A DNA stretch of 34,323 nt from a virus (Duplodnaviria; Caudoviricetes): IMG/VR virus record IMGVR_UViG_3300024501_000006, positions 1-34,323 of that record. The stretch is one strand, 5' to 3'. The translations under genes and the position numbers were made by a program. The notes under the pieces are model-generated. The model made no database searches. It was not told where the DNA came from and saw only the letters and a program-made list of their open reading frames with translations. Below, piece after piece: positions 7,909 through 15,887 of the stretch; within the stretch, counting starts at the first letter, position 1; every line of letters begins with the position of its first letter.

Positions 7909-8399
7909 GCTGCGAGCCTCCGTTCCTTCACCTGCCGTTGCTTGAATTTCTTGACGCGCCCCTGCCCGTCCACGATGCGAAGCTCGATGTCGGGAAAGCA
8001 CGCCATGAAGACGCGCATACGGAGCGAAGCCGCTTCCGTGATCATGCCTTTCACGTCATCGACGCAGAGCTTGCCGCCTTCGTAATAGGCGAAATCTCCG
8101 CTGTAATGGCCGATGGTGTGGCCGTTGATTTTGAGGGCAAACTCAGGCTGCACCGACACGGCGCGGACCTGACGGGCGCGCTCCAAAAGCTTCAGCGTTC
8201 CATAGCGTTCCGCCTCTGCTTTTGAGGCGAACAGGATGCCGTCAACCTCGGTCTTTTTCGCGCCGAACTTGTTGGTTCGCTTCGCGGCTTCCGGCTGCTC
8301 GCGAAACTCGGCCACGCTCATCCGCTCCTGCGGCTTGCGGCGCAGGGCGGCGGGGCGGTCGTCTTGCTTCAGGGCTAGGGCAGCGTTGTGCTTGCTCAT
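7905..8399 (-). CDS. DUF1064-family PD-(D/E)xK nuclease (putative resolvase)
   Basis: NKFGAKKTEVDGILFASKAEAERY...QPEF...YSGDFAY...DDVKG. Confidence 0.88.
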   Translation of the reverse strand: MSKHNAALALKQDDRPAALRRKPQERMSVAEFREQPEAAKRTNKFGAKKTEVDGILFASKAEAERYGTLKLLERARQVRAVSVQPEFALKINGHTIGHYSGDFAYYEGGKLCVDDVKGMITEAASLRMRVFMACFPDIELRIVDGQGRVKKFKQRQVKERRLAA

Positions 8400-9232
8400 G
8401 CTTGCTCTCCTGCGAGAAGCGAAAGCTGTTCGGCTTTGGGCTTGGGTTCTTCAAACAGGCGGGGCTGTTTCCACGCCTCCTCAATGCGTCGGCAGGCGAT
8501 ATCGAAATACTTGGGCTCGATCTCAATGCCGATGAACTTGCGGCCTAGCTTGAGCGCCGCGACGCCCGTGCTGGCGCTGCCCATGAAGGGGTCAAAAATC
8601 GTATCGCCCACATCCGTCGTCGCACCAATGCAGCGATGCGGGAGTTCTAGCGGGTACGCTACAGGGTGCTCCTTGTCCCCGCCCTGCCGCTGCTCACGCG
8701 CCACTTTCCAGATCGTGCCAAGGCCTACGTGATCCTGGTTCCACTTCCATTCACGACCACGCACAAACCAAAGAATGCGCTCGTCGGAGCGGACAAACAT
8801 GCGGGCGTTCAGCATCATGCCGCCGCCGCGCTCCCAGATCACTTCGGACCTGAGACGCCAGCCTTCCGGCTTGAACCATGAAATCGGGTGCAGGCATTCG
8901 CCATCCCGCCAGCGCAGCTGGTGATTATAAAACAGCGAAGCGTCAGGCGCAGAACACGCAGCCACAGCGTTGAAAACTGCGCATTGAAATGCTTGATAGG
9001 CATGTTCCGGCAGATCGTCGGCGTAGCCGCTATCGTTCCAGCGGGAAACGAAGCCCGCTCCGCCCCGGCTTTCGCCCCACAAGCCGCTAGCCTTCGCAGG
9101 AATGGCGGTCATCTGGTTGTAGGGCGGCGACGTGACGGTGCAGTTGATGCCCGACAGCGTCGGCAGGATTTCCCGGCAGTCGCCAAGGTACAGAACCGCG
9201 TCTCCGATTGTTTCGATTGCGTGGCGGGTCAT
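8396..9232 (-). CDS. Orphan beta-class DNA methyltransferase (SPPY, likely N4-cytosine)
   Basis: TSPPYN, HPVAYP, DPFMGSAST and FIGIEIEPKYFDIACRRI motifs. Confidence 0.92.
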   Translation of the reverse strand: MTRHAIETIGDAVLYLGDCREILPTLSGINCTVTSPPYNQMTAIPAKASGLWGESRGGAGFVSRWNDSGYADDLPEHAYQAFQCAVFNAVAACSAPDASLFYNHQLRWRDGECLHPISWFKPEGWRLRSEVIWERGGGMMLNARMFVRSDERILWFVRGREWKWNQDHVGLGTIWKVAREQRQGGDKEHPVAYPLELPHRCIGATTDVGDTIFDPFMGSASTGVAALKLGRKFIGIEIEPKYFDIACRRIEEAWKQPRLFEEPKPKAEQLSLLAGEQA

Positions 9233-9705
9233 GATGCCGCCTCCAGCTCACCGCCGAGTGCGCGCCATGAAGCTAGGTCGATCGATCCAATCACCACGTC
9301 AGGCTTGGCGATCTGCATCGGCGGCGGCGGGGTCCAGTCGGACGATGAAGCTTGCAGGGCGATCATCCGCCCGACGCGCTGTGACACCAGTTCAGCGATC
9401 AGCGCGCGGCAGGCAGCAAGGCGCTCGACCAGCGCGGCATCGGTTTCCATGCGCTTGGTGATCTTGCGGACAGCGTGGATCGCCGTGCTATGATCGCGGT
9501 CCCCGAAATGGCGTCCGATCTGAGGATAGGTGACGCCTGACAGTTCCCTCGCCAGGTACATGGCTTCCTGACGCGGATGAGCCCAGCGCTTTTCGCGTGA
9601 GGCATCGACAAGCATCTCGCGCGGGATACCGTGGATCTTCGCCACCGCCGCTTTCACTTCGGCCATCAGCGGCTTGTGGGATGGAATCGCCTGCCCGTCG
9701 TACAT
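9229..9705 (-). CDS. DnaA C-terminal (domain IV) HTH protein
   Basis: HPRQEAMYLARELSGVTYPQIGRHFGDRDHSTAIHAVRKI matches the DnaA domain IV signature; no AAA+ domain. Confidence 0.88.
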   Translation of the reverse strand: MYDGQAIPSHKPLMAEVKAAVAKIHGIPREMLVDASREKRWAHPRQEAMYLARELSGVTYPQIGRHFGDRDHSTAIHAVRKITKRMETDAALVERLAACRALIAELVSQRVGRMIALQASSSDWTPPPPMQIAKPDVVIGSIDLASWRALGGELEAAS

Positions 9706-10347
9706 TTATGTCCCCTGTTCCAGTTTTTGAATTTCAAGCGCCATTGCGTCCCGCTTGCGCAGGCTGTTGTCAGCGAGTTCGGGATACTTGGCCGCGACAC
9801 GCTCAGCGGCGGCGAGTTCGTCGCGGAGCTGCTGCAAGCGCTCGGCTGTGCGGTCGATGGCTTGAGGCTCAGGGGCGATGCCTGCAACCATTTCGGCCAG
9901 CCGGTCGCGGATCATCAGGCGCGTGTCTGTCAGCTCGTCCAGACGCTCGGCAAGCTCGCCCCATGTCGGCCACCACTTGCCACTCCAGCCCGCGAGCACG
10001 TGCCGGACCACGTCGCCGGGGTATTCCCGCAGGTGAGCCGCGTAGGTCGAGACCATCAGTTCCAGCCGCCCGGCGCTGTCAGCGCGCGGAACCGTCTTGA
10101 CGCTGAGAATGGCCAGCCATTCCTCGATGGCTTCGACGCTGGCCGGGGCAAGGCTGGCGTTGATGACTTTCAGCGCCGCTGGCAGGTCAGCCGACGAGGC
10201 GATATTGACCGTCAATGACGTCGGCCTCTGCCGGAACGTCGTGTCCCCGTCCTGGCTCGTCGGGAACACGGTTTCCGTTTTCACGAAGCAATCGACGCCG
10301 AATGACGACATCCGCGACAGTGCTGCGCCCGTGTTGGCCGAAGGCAT
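9706..10347 (-). CDS. Replication-associated protein (helicase loader/inhibitor-like), start uncertain
   Basis: Follows the initiator; YAAHLREYPGDVV...KWWPTWGELAE resembles loader-type FPTxAEL motifs. Start placed at ATG 10347 (GGAGG 11 nt upstream); the frame is open to 10503. Confidence 0.6.
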   Translation of the reverse strand: MPSANTGAALSRMSSFGVDCFVKTETVFPTSQDGDTTFRQRPTSLTVNIASSADLPAALKVINASLAPASVEAIEEWLAILSVKTVPRADSAGRLELMVSTYAAHLREYPGDVVRHVLAGWSGKWWPTWGELAERLDELTDTRLMIRDRLAEMVAGIAPEPQAIDRTAERLQQLRDELAAAERVAAKYPELADNSLRKRDAMALEIQKLEQGT

Positions 10348-11080
10348 CCGGCCCATGACCTCCGGGTGCATTTCGCGGCTTTGGGCGCCGCTCGAGATAG
10401 CTACGGACCCAGTTTCGCCACGTGCCGCGCCAGTCAAGTTTCCGGCCTGCGGCGCCCGGCTTCCCGTGCCAGTAATCCCTGAAACGATCTGCTTCATTTT
10501 CAATCTCGGTGTCGCTGAGGGGTTGTTTTGCTTTGAAGGCGATGCTTCGGGCGTCGTGCGCCCACTCGTCCGGCAACAGCCAGTCGTCGGGGAGCGATGT
10601 TCCCCGCGAACTTCGGTTCTGTTTTTCGGAGGGCTCAGGCTTCGAGGGCGCTGAAATTTTCGGGTCGCGTTCTATAGAAGCTTTAGCTTCTATAGATACT
10701 GACGGTTCCTGACGGTTAGTGACATGACGCCAGCTTCCGGTGCATTCGACGTTTTTTGCAGGTGCATTATTTGCACCCGCAATTTCTGCCGGTGCATTCT
10801 TGAGCTGTTCAAGGTTGAGAACGTAGGCTGTACGCGAGCCGTTTCCGCGACCGAGATGCTTAGTCGAGCGCGTGATGAAACCGTCAGCCTCGAGGGCTTT
10901 CAGGTGATGCGCCAGCGCCCGCACAGAGACACCGCATTCATCAGCCAGAAGCTCTTGAGACGGCCAGCATTTCCCGTATTGATCGGATCTGTTGGCAAGC
11001 GCGATCAGAACCAGCTTGCGGCATCCAGCCAGGCGCGTGTCGCGCGCGTCCATCACCGCTGAAACGTGCTGAATGCTCAT
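10187..11080 (-). CDS. Phage replication initiator (N-terminal winged HTH, C-terminal DnaT-like domain)
   Basis: KLVLIALANRSDQYGKCWPSQELLADECGVSVRAL..HLKALEADGFI; C-terminal FRDYW...KLDWRGTWRNW. Confidence 0.88.
   Translation of the reverse strand: MSIQHVSAVMDARDTRLAGCRKLVLIALANRSDQYGKCWPSQELLADECGVSVRALAHHLKALEADGFITRSTKHLGRGNGSRTAYVLNLEQLKNAPAEIAGANNAPAKNVECTGSWRHVTNRQEPSVSIEAKASIERDPKISAPSKPEPSEKQNRSSRGTSLPDDWLLPDEWAHDARSIAFKAKQPLSDTEIENEADRFRDYWHGKPGAAGRKLDWRGTWRNWVRSYLERRPKPRNAPGGHGPDAFGQHGRSTVADVVIRRRLLRENGNRVPDEPGRGHDVPAEADVIDGQYRLVG
10671..10799. promoter_or_regulatory. Putative replication origin inside the initiator gene
   Basis: Perfect 12-bp inverted repeat TCTATAGAAGCT-TT-AGCTTCTATAGA (10671-10696); tandem CTGACGGTT x2; C(C/A)GGTGCATT iterons at 10737, 10759 and 10789; locally AT-richer; falls in the inter-domain linker as in lambda O. 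Confidence 0.7.
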
Positions 11081-11388
11081 TTCCCCGCCCCTTTCTTCTG
11101 GAGCTTCGGGACGGCTCTTGCCTCTGTGCGTGGCCCTGGCCTGAGCGCGGCTTCCCGGAGTCCGAGTTCGAGCGCCTGGTTAGCGTGGCGTGCTGTTTCC
11201 ATGCTCCAGCGGAAGTGATCAGCCAGGCCGCGAACGGTTCCGGCTGTCTTCGCAGCGTCGCGGATTTCATCAGCGCGTCGGGCGAGTTCTGAGTTGGGGT
11301 CGGGCTTCATTTCGCCACCTGCAATTGCGGGGCGAGCGCGACCGTCGAATGTGTTAATGAGGCGTCGGTCGGCATCAGGAAACTTCAC
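11077..11388 (-). CDS. Hypothetical HTH-like protein
   Basis: TVRGLADHFRWSMETARHA is HTH-like; ATGA overlap with the initiator; start uncertain. Confidence 0.6.
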   Translation of the reverse strand: MKFPDADRRLINTFDGRARPAIAGGEMKPDPNSELARRADEIRDAAKTAGTVRGLADHFRWSMETARHANQALELGLREAALRPGPRTEARAVPKLQKKGAGK

Positions 11389-11623
11389 TTCCTACAGTCG
11401 GCTTATCGGAGCGCTCGGCGTCATCAGCGCCGGGCGTTCTTCGTTTCAGGTCACGTTCGGTGAATGGGCGCGCCCGCCGGAGCCGGGTTTTGGGGGGACA
11501 GGACCACGGCGGGCGCTACGGGCTGGTCGGCCCGATCTGATAGAAAGCCCAAGCCGCAGTTCTGGGTGTGGGGGGAGAGACAGTGCGGCGCGGGGTGGCC
11601 AAAGGCCGAGTTGGAATGGAGGG

Positions 11624-11824
11624 TCATGCTGCCCCCTGCTGCCCGCGAAGCAGGCTCAGAAGGTCAACGTTGGGGTAAATCTCGACGATGCGGACGGCCA
11701 GTTCGCGGCCCGGCGAACGCTCGCCCTTCTCGATGTCGTACAAATGCTGCTTTGAAATCCCGAGCCTTTTCGCAAGCTGCGGGACGTTCAAACCTTCGCG
11801 TTGTCTGGCTTCTGTCAGCGTCAT
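11624..11824 (-). CDS. cro: Cro-like XRE regulator
   Basis: 66 aa, LNVPQLAKRLGISKQHLYDIEKGERSP; divergent from the repressor and first gene of the replication operon. Confidence 0.85.
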   Translation of the reverse strand: MTLTEARQREGLNVPQLAKRLGISKQHLYDIEKGERSPGRELAVRIVEIYPNVDLLSLLRGQQGAA

Positions 11825-11883
11825 GCGTACTAGTCAGCATATGGCTGACCTAGTTGTCAAGCGGCAGTCAGCAGGATAGTGAA
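11814..11883. promoter_or_regulatory. OR operators and pR promoter
   Basis: Perfect GTCAGC-ATATG-GCTGAC at 11833-11849, with degenerate copies at 11814-11830 and 11867-11883. Minus-strand TTGACA at 11860-11855. Confidence 0.8.
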
Positions 11884-11916
11884 CGACAGCACCCACGCCG
11901 TGGGGGAGGCTGTGCA

Positions 11917-12231
11917 ATGGCACAGCAACGTTTTTACCTGCGCGAATGGCGCACCTACCGTAATCTCACTCAGGAGCGGTTAGCGGAACGCGTCGGGGTC
12001 ACGAAACAGCATGTTTCCGACCTTGAGCGGCAAAGACGCCAGTATAATCAAGGGCTTCTTGAAGCTTTCGCAGATGCTCTGATGTGCGACCCCGCCGACC
12101 TTCTAATGCGCAATCCGACCGCGCCAGAAGCCATTTGGTCGATCTGGGATCAAATCCCGCCAGTGGATCGAGACCAGGCGTTGAAAGTGCTTAACTCCTT
12201 CATTCCAGACGGAAAACGCAAGCGCGCATAA
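11917..12231 (+). CDS. cI: CI-like XRE repressor (short, no S24 peptidase domain)
   Basis: LREWRTYRNLTQERLAERVGVTKQHVSDLER HTH; GGAGG SD before ATG 11917; flanked by operators on both sides; 104 aa. Confidence 0.85.
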   Translation: MAQQRFYLREWRTYRNLTQERLAERVGVTKQHVSDLERQRRQYNQGLLEAFADALMCDPADLLMRNPTAPEAIWSIWDQIPPVDRDQALKVLNSFIPDGKRKRA

Positions 12232-12235
12232 AAAA

Positions 12236-12289
12236 GTCAGCCATGTGCTGACGATTTTGCTTGCCATCTAGGTCAGCTATGTGCTTACC
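12236..12289 (+). promoter_or_regulatory. OL operators and pL promoter
   Basis: GTCAGC-CATGT-GCTGAC (12236-12252) and GTCAGC-TATGT-GCTTAC (12272-12288); TTGCCA at 12261-12266 in the same register as pR. Confidence 0.8.
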
Positions 12290-12313
12290 TCTCCCCAAGC
12301 AAGGGAGACACGG

Positions 12314-12667
12314 ATGACCGACCAAACCCCAGACCAGATTGTCCACATGGCGCAGCAGTTCACGCGCGCCGCATCGCAGGCCCTCTCGTTTCTTCAGCTT
12401 CCGAGCCGGACAGACGGCGAGCTTTTCGAAGCGCTGATGGACAAGGTGGCTGACGAACTGCCGCTCTACGAAGCCGCCTGGGATTTGTTTGCGGCCACCG
12501 CTCGCCTTCAGTTCTTCGGCAACGATGCGCCGCAAGCTGATCGCAAGCGCTGGTCATCGCTGGCAGACAATGCACGCGCAGAGCTTGATCGCTCCTACGC
12601 AGCAGAGCGCGCCGCCGATGAAGCTGACTATCTCGCTGACCAGCGCCGCGATGAGCGTGCAGCATGA
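12314..12667 (+). CDS. Hypothetical early protein
   Basis: AAGGGAG SD before ATG 12314; first gene after pL. Confidence 0.75.
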   Translation: MTDQTPDQIVHMAQQFTRAASQALSFLQLPSRTDGELFEALMDKVADELPLYEAAWDLFAATARLQFFGNDAPQADRKRWSSLADNARAELDRSYAAERAADEADYLADQRRDERAA

Positions 12668-12888
12668 CCGGCCTCCAACCCCTTCACGTCGCACCCGCAA
12701 GCCAGCTTGACGACGCAGCCGCGCACATCGGCCAGCAGCGCATCCGCATCAAGCGTCTCGAAGCTCTGCTCGTCGCGTGCGCCGAATATCTGGAGCCCTA
12801 CAGCGACGTTATTGACGGCGCTTACGGCGAGCCGGTCCCGAACGCAGCCATGAGCCTCATCTCTCAGATTGATAAGGAACTCACATGA
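12664..12888 (+). CDS. Hypothetical protein
   Basis: ATGA overlaps at both ends. Confidence 0.7.
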   Translation: MTGLQPLHVAPASQLDDAAAHIGQQRIRIKRLEALLVACAEYLEPYSDVIDGAYGEPVPNAAMSLISQIDKELT

Positions 12889-13151
12889 TCGCCCACGTTG
12901 AAATGCTTCTCGCCAACCGCCAGCGCCATGAAGACAGAGCCGCTGTCCGTTACTCGACGCTCGAAGGTGTCGTCGCTGAGTTCACCGCTCGGATGGAGCG
13001 CATCGGCCAGCTTGAGGATCGGGTGTCGCGCTGCACTTGTGACCACGCGCCGAGCTTCGAGATTTCAACGCGCCGCGACAAGCCGCTGCACGCAATGTTC
13101 ATAGCGCGCAGGTTTCAGCGGATGGCGCGCGAAGAAGCGGGGGCGGTGTGA
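12885..13151 (+). CDS. Hypothetical protein
   Basis: AAGGA SD; ATGA overlap with the upstream gene. Confidence 0.7.
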   Translation: MIAHVEMLLANRQRHEDRAAVRYSTLEGVVAEFTARMERIGQLEDRVSRCTCDHAPSFEISTRRDKPLHAMFIARRFQRMAREEAGAV

Positions 13152-13429
13152 TGGAAGTCCTCGCTTACGAAAACGCTCGCGTCATGTCGGCGCTGCTGGA
13201 AGCGCTCCAGAAGGAATGCAATGGCGGCGAGTACGTCATCTATCGCCACCCCTTCCGCTGGATGCGCTACACCGGAGACTACAGCGACGGCATCGTCATG
13301 TCGAACTGCTACGAGATGTTTCCGCTTGAGAGCATCTTGGCTGAGCGCAAGCTCACCGCACGGCTGATGTTTGAACACGCGGCTATCGTCAGGGATGCGC
13401 ACGACGACGCAACGGGTGCGCCCCAATGA
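13148..13429 (+). CDS. Hypothetical protein
   Basis: Coupled by start/stop overlaps at both ends. Confidence 0.68.
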   Translation: MMEVLAYENARVMSALLEALQKECNGGEYVIYRHPFRWMRYTGDYSDGIVMSNCYEMFPLESILAERKLTARLMFEHAAIVRDAHDDATGAPQ

Positions 13430-13599
13430 CCAACGTCATCCACCACAACTTCCGCAAGCGCCGTCCCGTCTGCCCTCTGGACGAGGCATTCGCCCGCTTA
13501 CGCCGCACAGAGCTGGCGATGGAAGCGGCTGCGGCTGAGATCGAGGCAGTCGCGCGGAGGATGGAAGAAGCACAGAAGGAAGTGAACAATGGCCGGTGA
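13426..13599 (+). CDS. 57-aa hypothetical coiled-coil protein
   Basis: Manual translation MTNVIHHNFRKRRPVCPLDEAFARLRRTELAMEAAAAEIEAVARRMEEAQKEVNNGR; ATGA overlap; fills the gap to recT. Confidence 0.7.
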   Translation: MTNVIHHNFRKRRPVCPLDEAFARLRRTELAMEAAAAEIEAVARRMEEAQKEVNNGR

Positions 13600-14503
13600 C
13601 GTAGTGAAATTTGAGCAGTCGGCCCCAGCGCCGCGCCGCTCGTTCGATGAGATCATGCGCATGGCTGAGACGATTGCCAAGTCTCGCCTGTTCGGCGTGA
13701 CGCAGGTGGACCAGGTCGTCGCCCTGATGCTGATGGCCGAAGCCGAGGGACGCCACGTTGCCTCTGCGATGCAGGACTACAGCGTCATTCAGGGAAAGCC
13801 GTCGCTCAAGGCAGAGGCCATGCTGGCGCGCTTCCAGCAGGCGGGCGGCAAGGTCAAGTGGACATGCCTCACTGACGAGCGTGTCGCGGCCATCTTCAGC
13901 CATGCGCAATGCGAGCCCGTCGAAATCGAATGGGACATGGACCGCGCCAAGCAGGCCCAGCTCACCAGCCCGATGTGGAAGAAATACCCGCGCCAAATGC
14001 TTCGCGCACGAGTGATTAGCGAAGGCGTCCGAACGGCCTTCCCCGGCGCTCTGGGCGGCATGTACGCGCCCGAGGAGGTTATTGACTTTGAACCGCCTGC
14101 CCCAACCTCCCGGCAGGCTGGCGCCCCGGCGCTCGCACCCCCACGCGAGGCCGAGGCCACTGCGATCGGAGCGGGAGATTCGACCCCTGCCGCTCCGGTC
14201 GCCTTTCACGATCAGCCTAGCAACGTGCCGGGCGGCTTCAAGTCACTCAAGACAATCGAAGTGGACGAGGAGCAGATCACGGATCACACGCGCGACCCGG
14301 AGTGGTCAACGCTCAGCGCGCATCTCACAGGCAACTGCGAAAGTCGCGCTGACGTGCTGGCATGGTGGGATGCGCGCAAGAAGGAACTGAAGCAGCGCAA
14401 ACCGCACTTTGCGAAGGCGTTCTATCAGGGCGAGGTCATCCCGTTCGCTGCCAGCTTTGCGCAGACGGTCGAGTGGGAAGACGACGCGGGGGCGCGGGGC
14501 TGA
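13589..14503 (+). CDS. recT: RecT/Redbeta-family single-strand annealing protein
   Basis: VIQGKPSLKAEAML...WKKYPRQMLRARVISEGVRTAFPGALGGMYAPEE. Confidence 0.85.
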   Translation: MAGDVVKFEQSAPAPRRSFDEIMRMAETIAKSRLFGVTQVDQVVALMLMAEAEGRHVASAMQDYSVIQGKPSLKAEAMLARFQQAGGKVKWTCLTDERVAAIFSHAQCEPVEIEWDMDRAKQAQLTSPMWKKYPRQMLRARVISEGVRTAFPGALGGMYAPEEVIDFEPPAPTSRQAGAPALAPPREAEATAIGAGDSTPAAPVAFHDQPSNVPGGFKSLKTIEVDEEQITDHTRDPEWSTLSAHLTGNCESRADVLAWWDARKKELKQRKPHFAKAFYQGEVIPFAASFAQTVEWEDDAGARG

Positions 14504-14979
14504 TGGCCGTCGAAATCCTCCTCCAGCGCACATTGCGCGGCCTTGAGCCGGCAGACGACGACGCTCGCGACAAGCTCAAGACGTGGAAGATCGGACAGCC
14601 CCTCAAGTGCGAAGTCAGGCTTGCGCGCGACAACTCACGGATGCGCTACTATTGGGGTCTGGTCGATATCATCCTGCAGAACATCGACCAGACCTTCGCA
14701 TCGAAGGAAGAGGTGTCCGATTCCATCAAGCTTGGGATCGGCCACGTCGAACAGGTCCAGGTCTATGACGGCGAGAAATGGCACATCACGCGCACGCCCA
14801 AGTCCATCAGCTTTGCGAAGCTGAGCGAGCCGGAGTTTCAGGATTTCATCAAGCGCGCGGAGGGCTATGCGTGCGCTGTGCTGAGCGTGACCAGCGAACA
14901 GCTTGCCGATGCGCTTACCGACTATCTTGCGCCGGGCCTGCGCCGCGAAGGCACACGCAAGCCGATGAGGGCGGCATGA
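14503..14979 (+). CDS. DUF1367/NinB(Orf)-like recombination accessory protein
   Basis: RDNSRMRYYWGLV...PKSISFAKLSEPEFQDF; start revised to ATG 14503 (TGATG overlap). Confidence 0.8.
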   Translation: MAVEILLQRTLRGLEPADDDARDKLKTWKIGQPLKCEVRLARDNSRMRYYWGLVDIILQNIDQTFASKEEVSDSIKLGIGHVEQVQVYDGEKWHITRTPKSISFAKLSEPEFQDFIKRAEGYACAVLSVTSEQLADALTDYLAPGLRREGTRKPMRAA

Positions 14980-15455
14980 CAACCGACGCCCTGCCATTCG
15001 GGAAAGACCGTCAGCCCGAATACCCGGAGACGGAAGCGCGCGGCAAGCTATCCCGCAAGGATCGCGCGCGTCTGTGTCTAAAGCAGGCTGGCAAGTGCGC
15101 AGGCTGCGGAGTGAAGCCGGTCTATGGCTGGGAGTTCGATCATGTGTCGGAGCTTTGGGAAGGCGGCACGAACCACTTCAGCAATTGGCAAGCGTTCGGC
15201 TCGCGCCGTGACTGCAAGTGCCATGCGGTGAAGACAGCCGCAGCCGCGAGGCGTCGGGCGAAGATGCACCGGCTTCGCGGCAACACGGGCCAGGTCAAGC
15301 GCCGGAAAGAAAAGGGCTCTCAGATACAGAGCCGCCCCTTCCCTGATATGAAGCTGCGCGAAAGCCGGGACGGACGGAAATGGCAGAGCGCGGGTTTCCG
15401 CAAGAGCGACAAGCTTGTGCGTGGCGTCGATGGCAAAGTGAGGGAGCGGAGATGA
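14976..15455 (+). CDS. HNH endonuclease
   Basis: CAGC...EFDHVSELWEGGTNHFSNW...CKCHAVKT; start revised to 14976. Confidence 0.85.
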   Translation: MTTDALPFGKDRQPEYPETEARGKLSRKDRARLCLKQAGKCAGCGVKPVYGWEFDHVSELWEGGTNHFSNWQAFGSRRDCKCHAVKTAAAARRRAKMHRLRGNTGQVKRRKEKGSQIQSRPFPDMKLRESRDGRKWQSAGFRKSDKLVRGVDGKVRERR

Positions 15456-15541
15456 GCGCATCTGACGTCATAGCGCGGCTGCGAGAGTTGCGAGAAGCCC
15501 GCGTCGCCCTTCAGGCGCTGGCGGAGGGGGGTGGGGAGTGA
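15452..15541 (+). CDS. 29-aa micro-ORF
   Basis: MSASDVIARLRELREARVALQALAEGGGE; GGAG SD; ATGA and GTGA overlaps. Confidence 0.6.
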   Translation: MSASDVIARLRELREARVALQALAEGGGE

Positions 15542-15726
15542 GCCTGTTTGTTGTTCCGAATGCGCTGAGAGACGCAATCATGGCGCGACTTGACGCGGCC
15601 ATCGCTGAGGCTCCCGACGCCGAGAAGGATCGCGAGCATCTGTATCACAGCCTGCTCATGTACTTTAACGAGCACGGCGTCATCCCCGAGTTTTCGCTCG
15701 TCCGCAACGCAGGTGACACCCCATGA
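15538..15726 (+). CDS. Hypothetical protein
   Basis: 62 aa, coupled at both ends. Confidence 0.68.
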   Translation: MSLFVVPNALRDAIMARLDAAIAEAPDAEKDREHLYHSLLMYFNEHGVIPEFSLVRNAGDTP

Positions 15727-15887
15727 CCACCCACGAACGCGCGCTGGAGGCGGCTGCAATACGCTACCCCACGAAAGCCGAGCAGGAGATATTCCGGCAA
15801 GCGCTCTGGCGTTCGGCAAAGGTCATCCGCCGAAGCCCACCCGCCATGATCGACGCCGCACCACCAGCAACAGAGGAGAAGAAGTGA
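15723..15887 (+). CDS. 54-aa micro-ORF
   Basis: MTTHERALEAAAIRYPTKAEQEIFRQALWRSAKVIRRSPPAMIDAAPPATEEKK; ATGA and TGATG overlaps. Confidence 0.62.
   Translation: MTTHERALEAAAIRYPTKAEQEIFRQALWRSAKVIRRSPPAMIDAAPPATEEKK

Noticed and set aside
7909-8001. N-terminal extensions in the ORF track (MTase to 8001, cI from 11854, 14362, 14778, 15590, 17686, 31290)
   Set aside because: Downstream starts have an SD and/or stop-start overlaps, and the extensions overlap real genes.
6619-9232. MTase-nuclease-MTase as a restriction-modification system
   Set aside because: DUF1064 is a routine nin-region nuclease of lambdoid phages, not a recognisable restriction enzyme.
11451-11627. 58-codon ORF coupled to cro (cII position)
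   Set aside because: Pro-rich with no HTH, and it coincides with strong hairpins. Better explained as structured RNA, though translation is not excluded.
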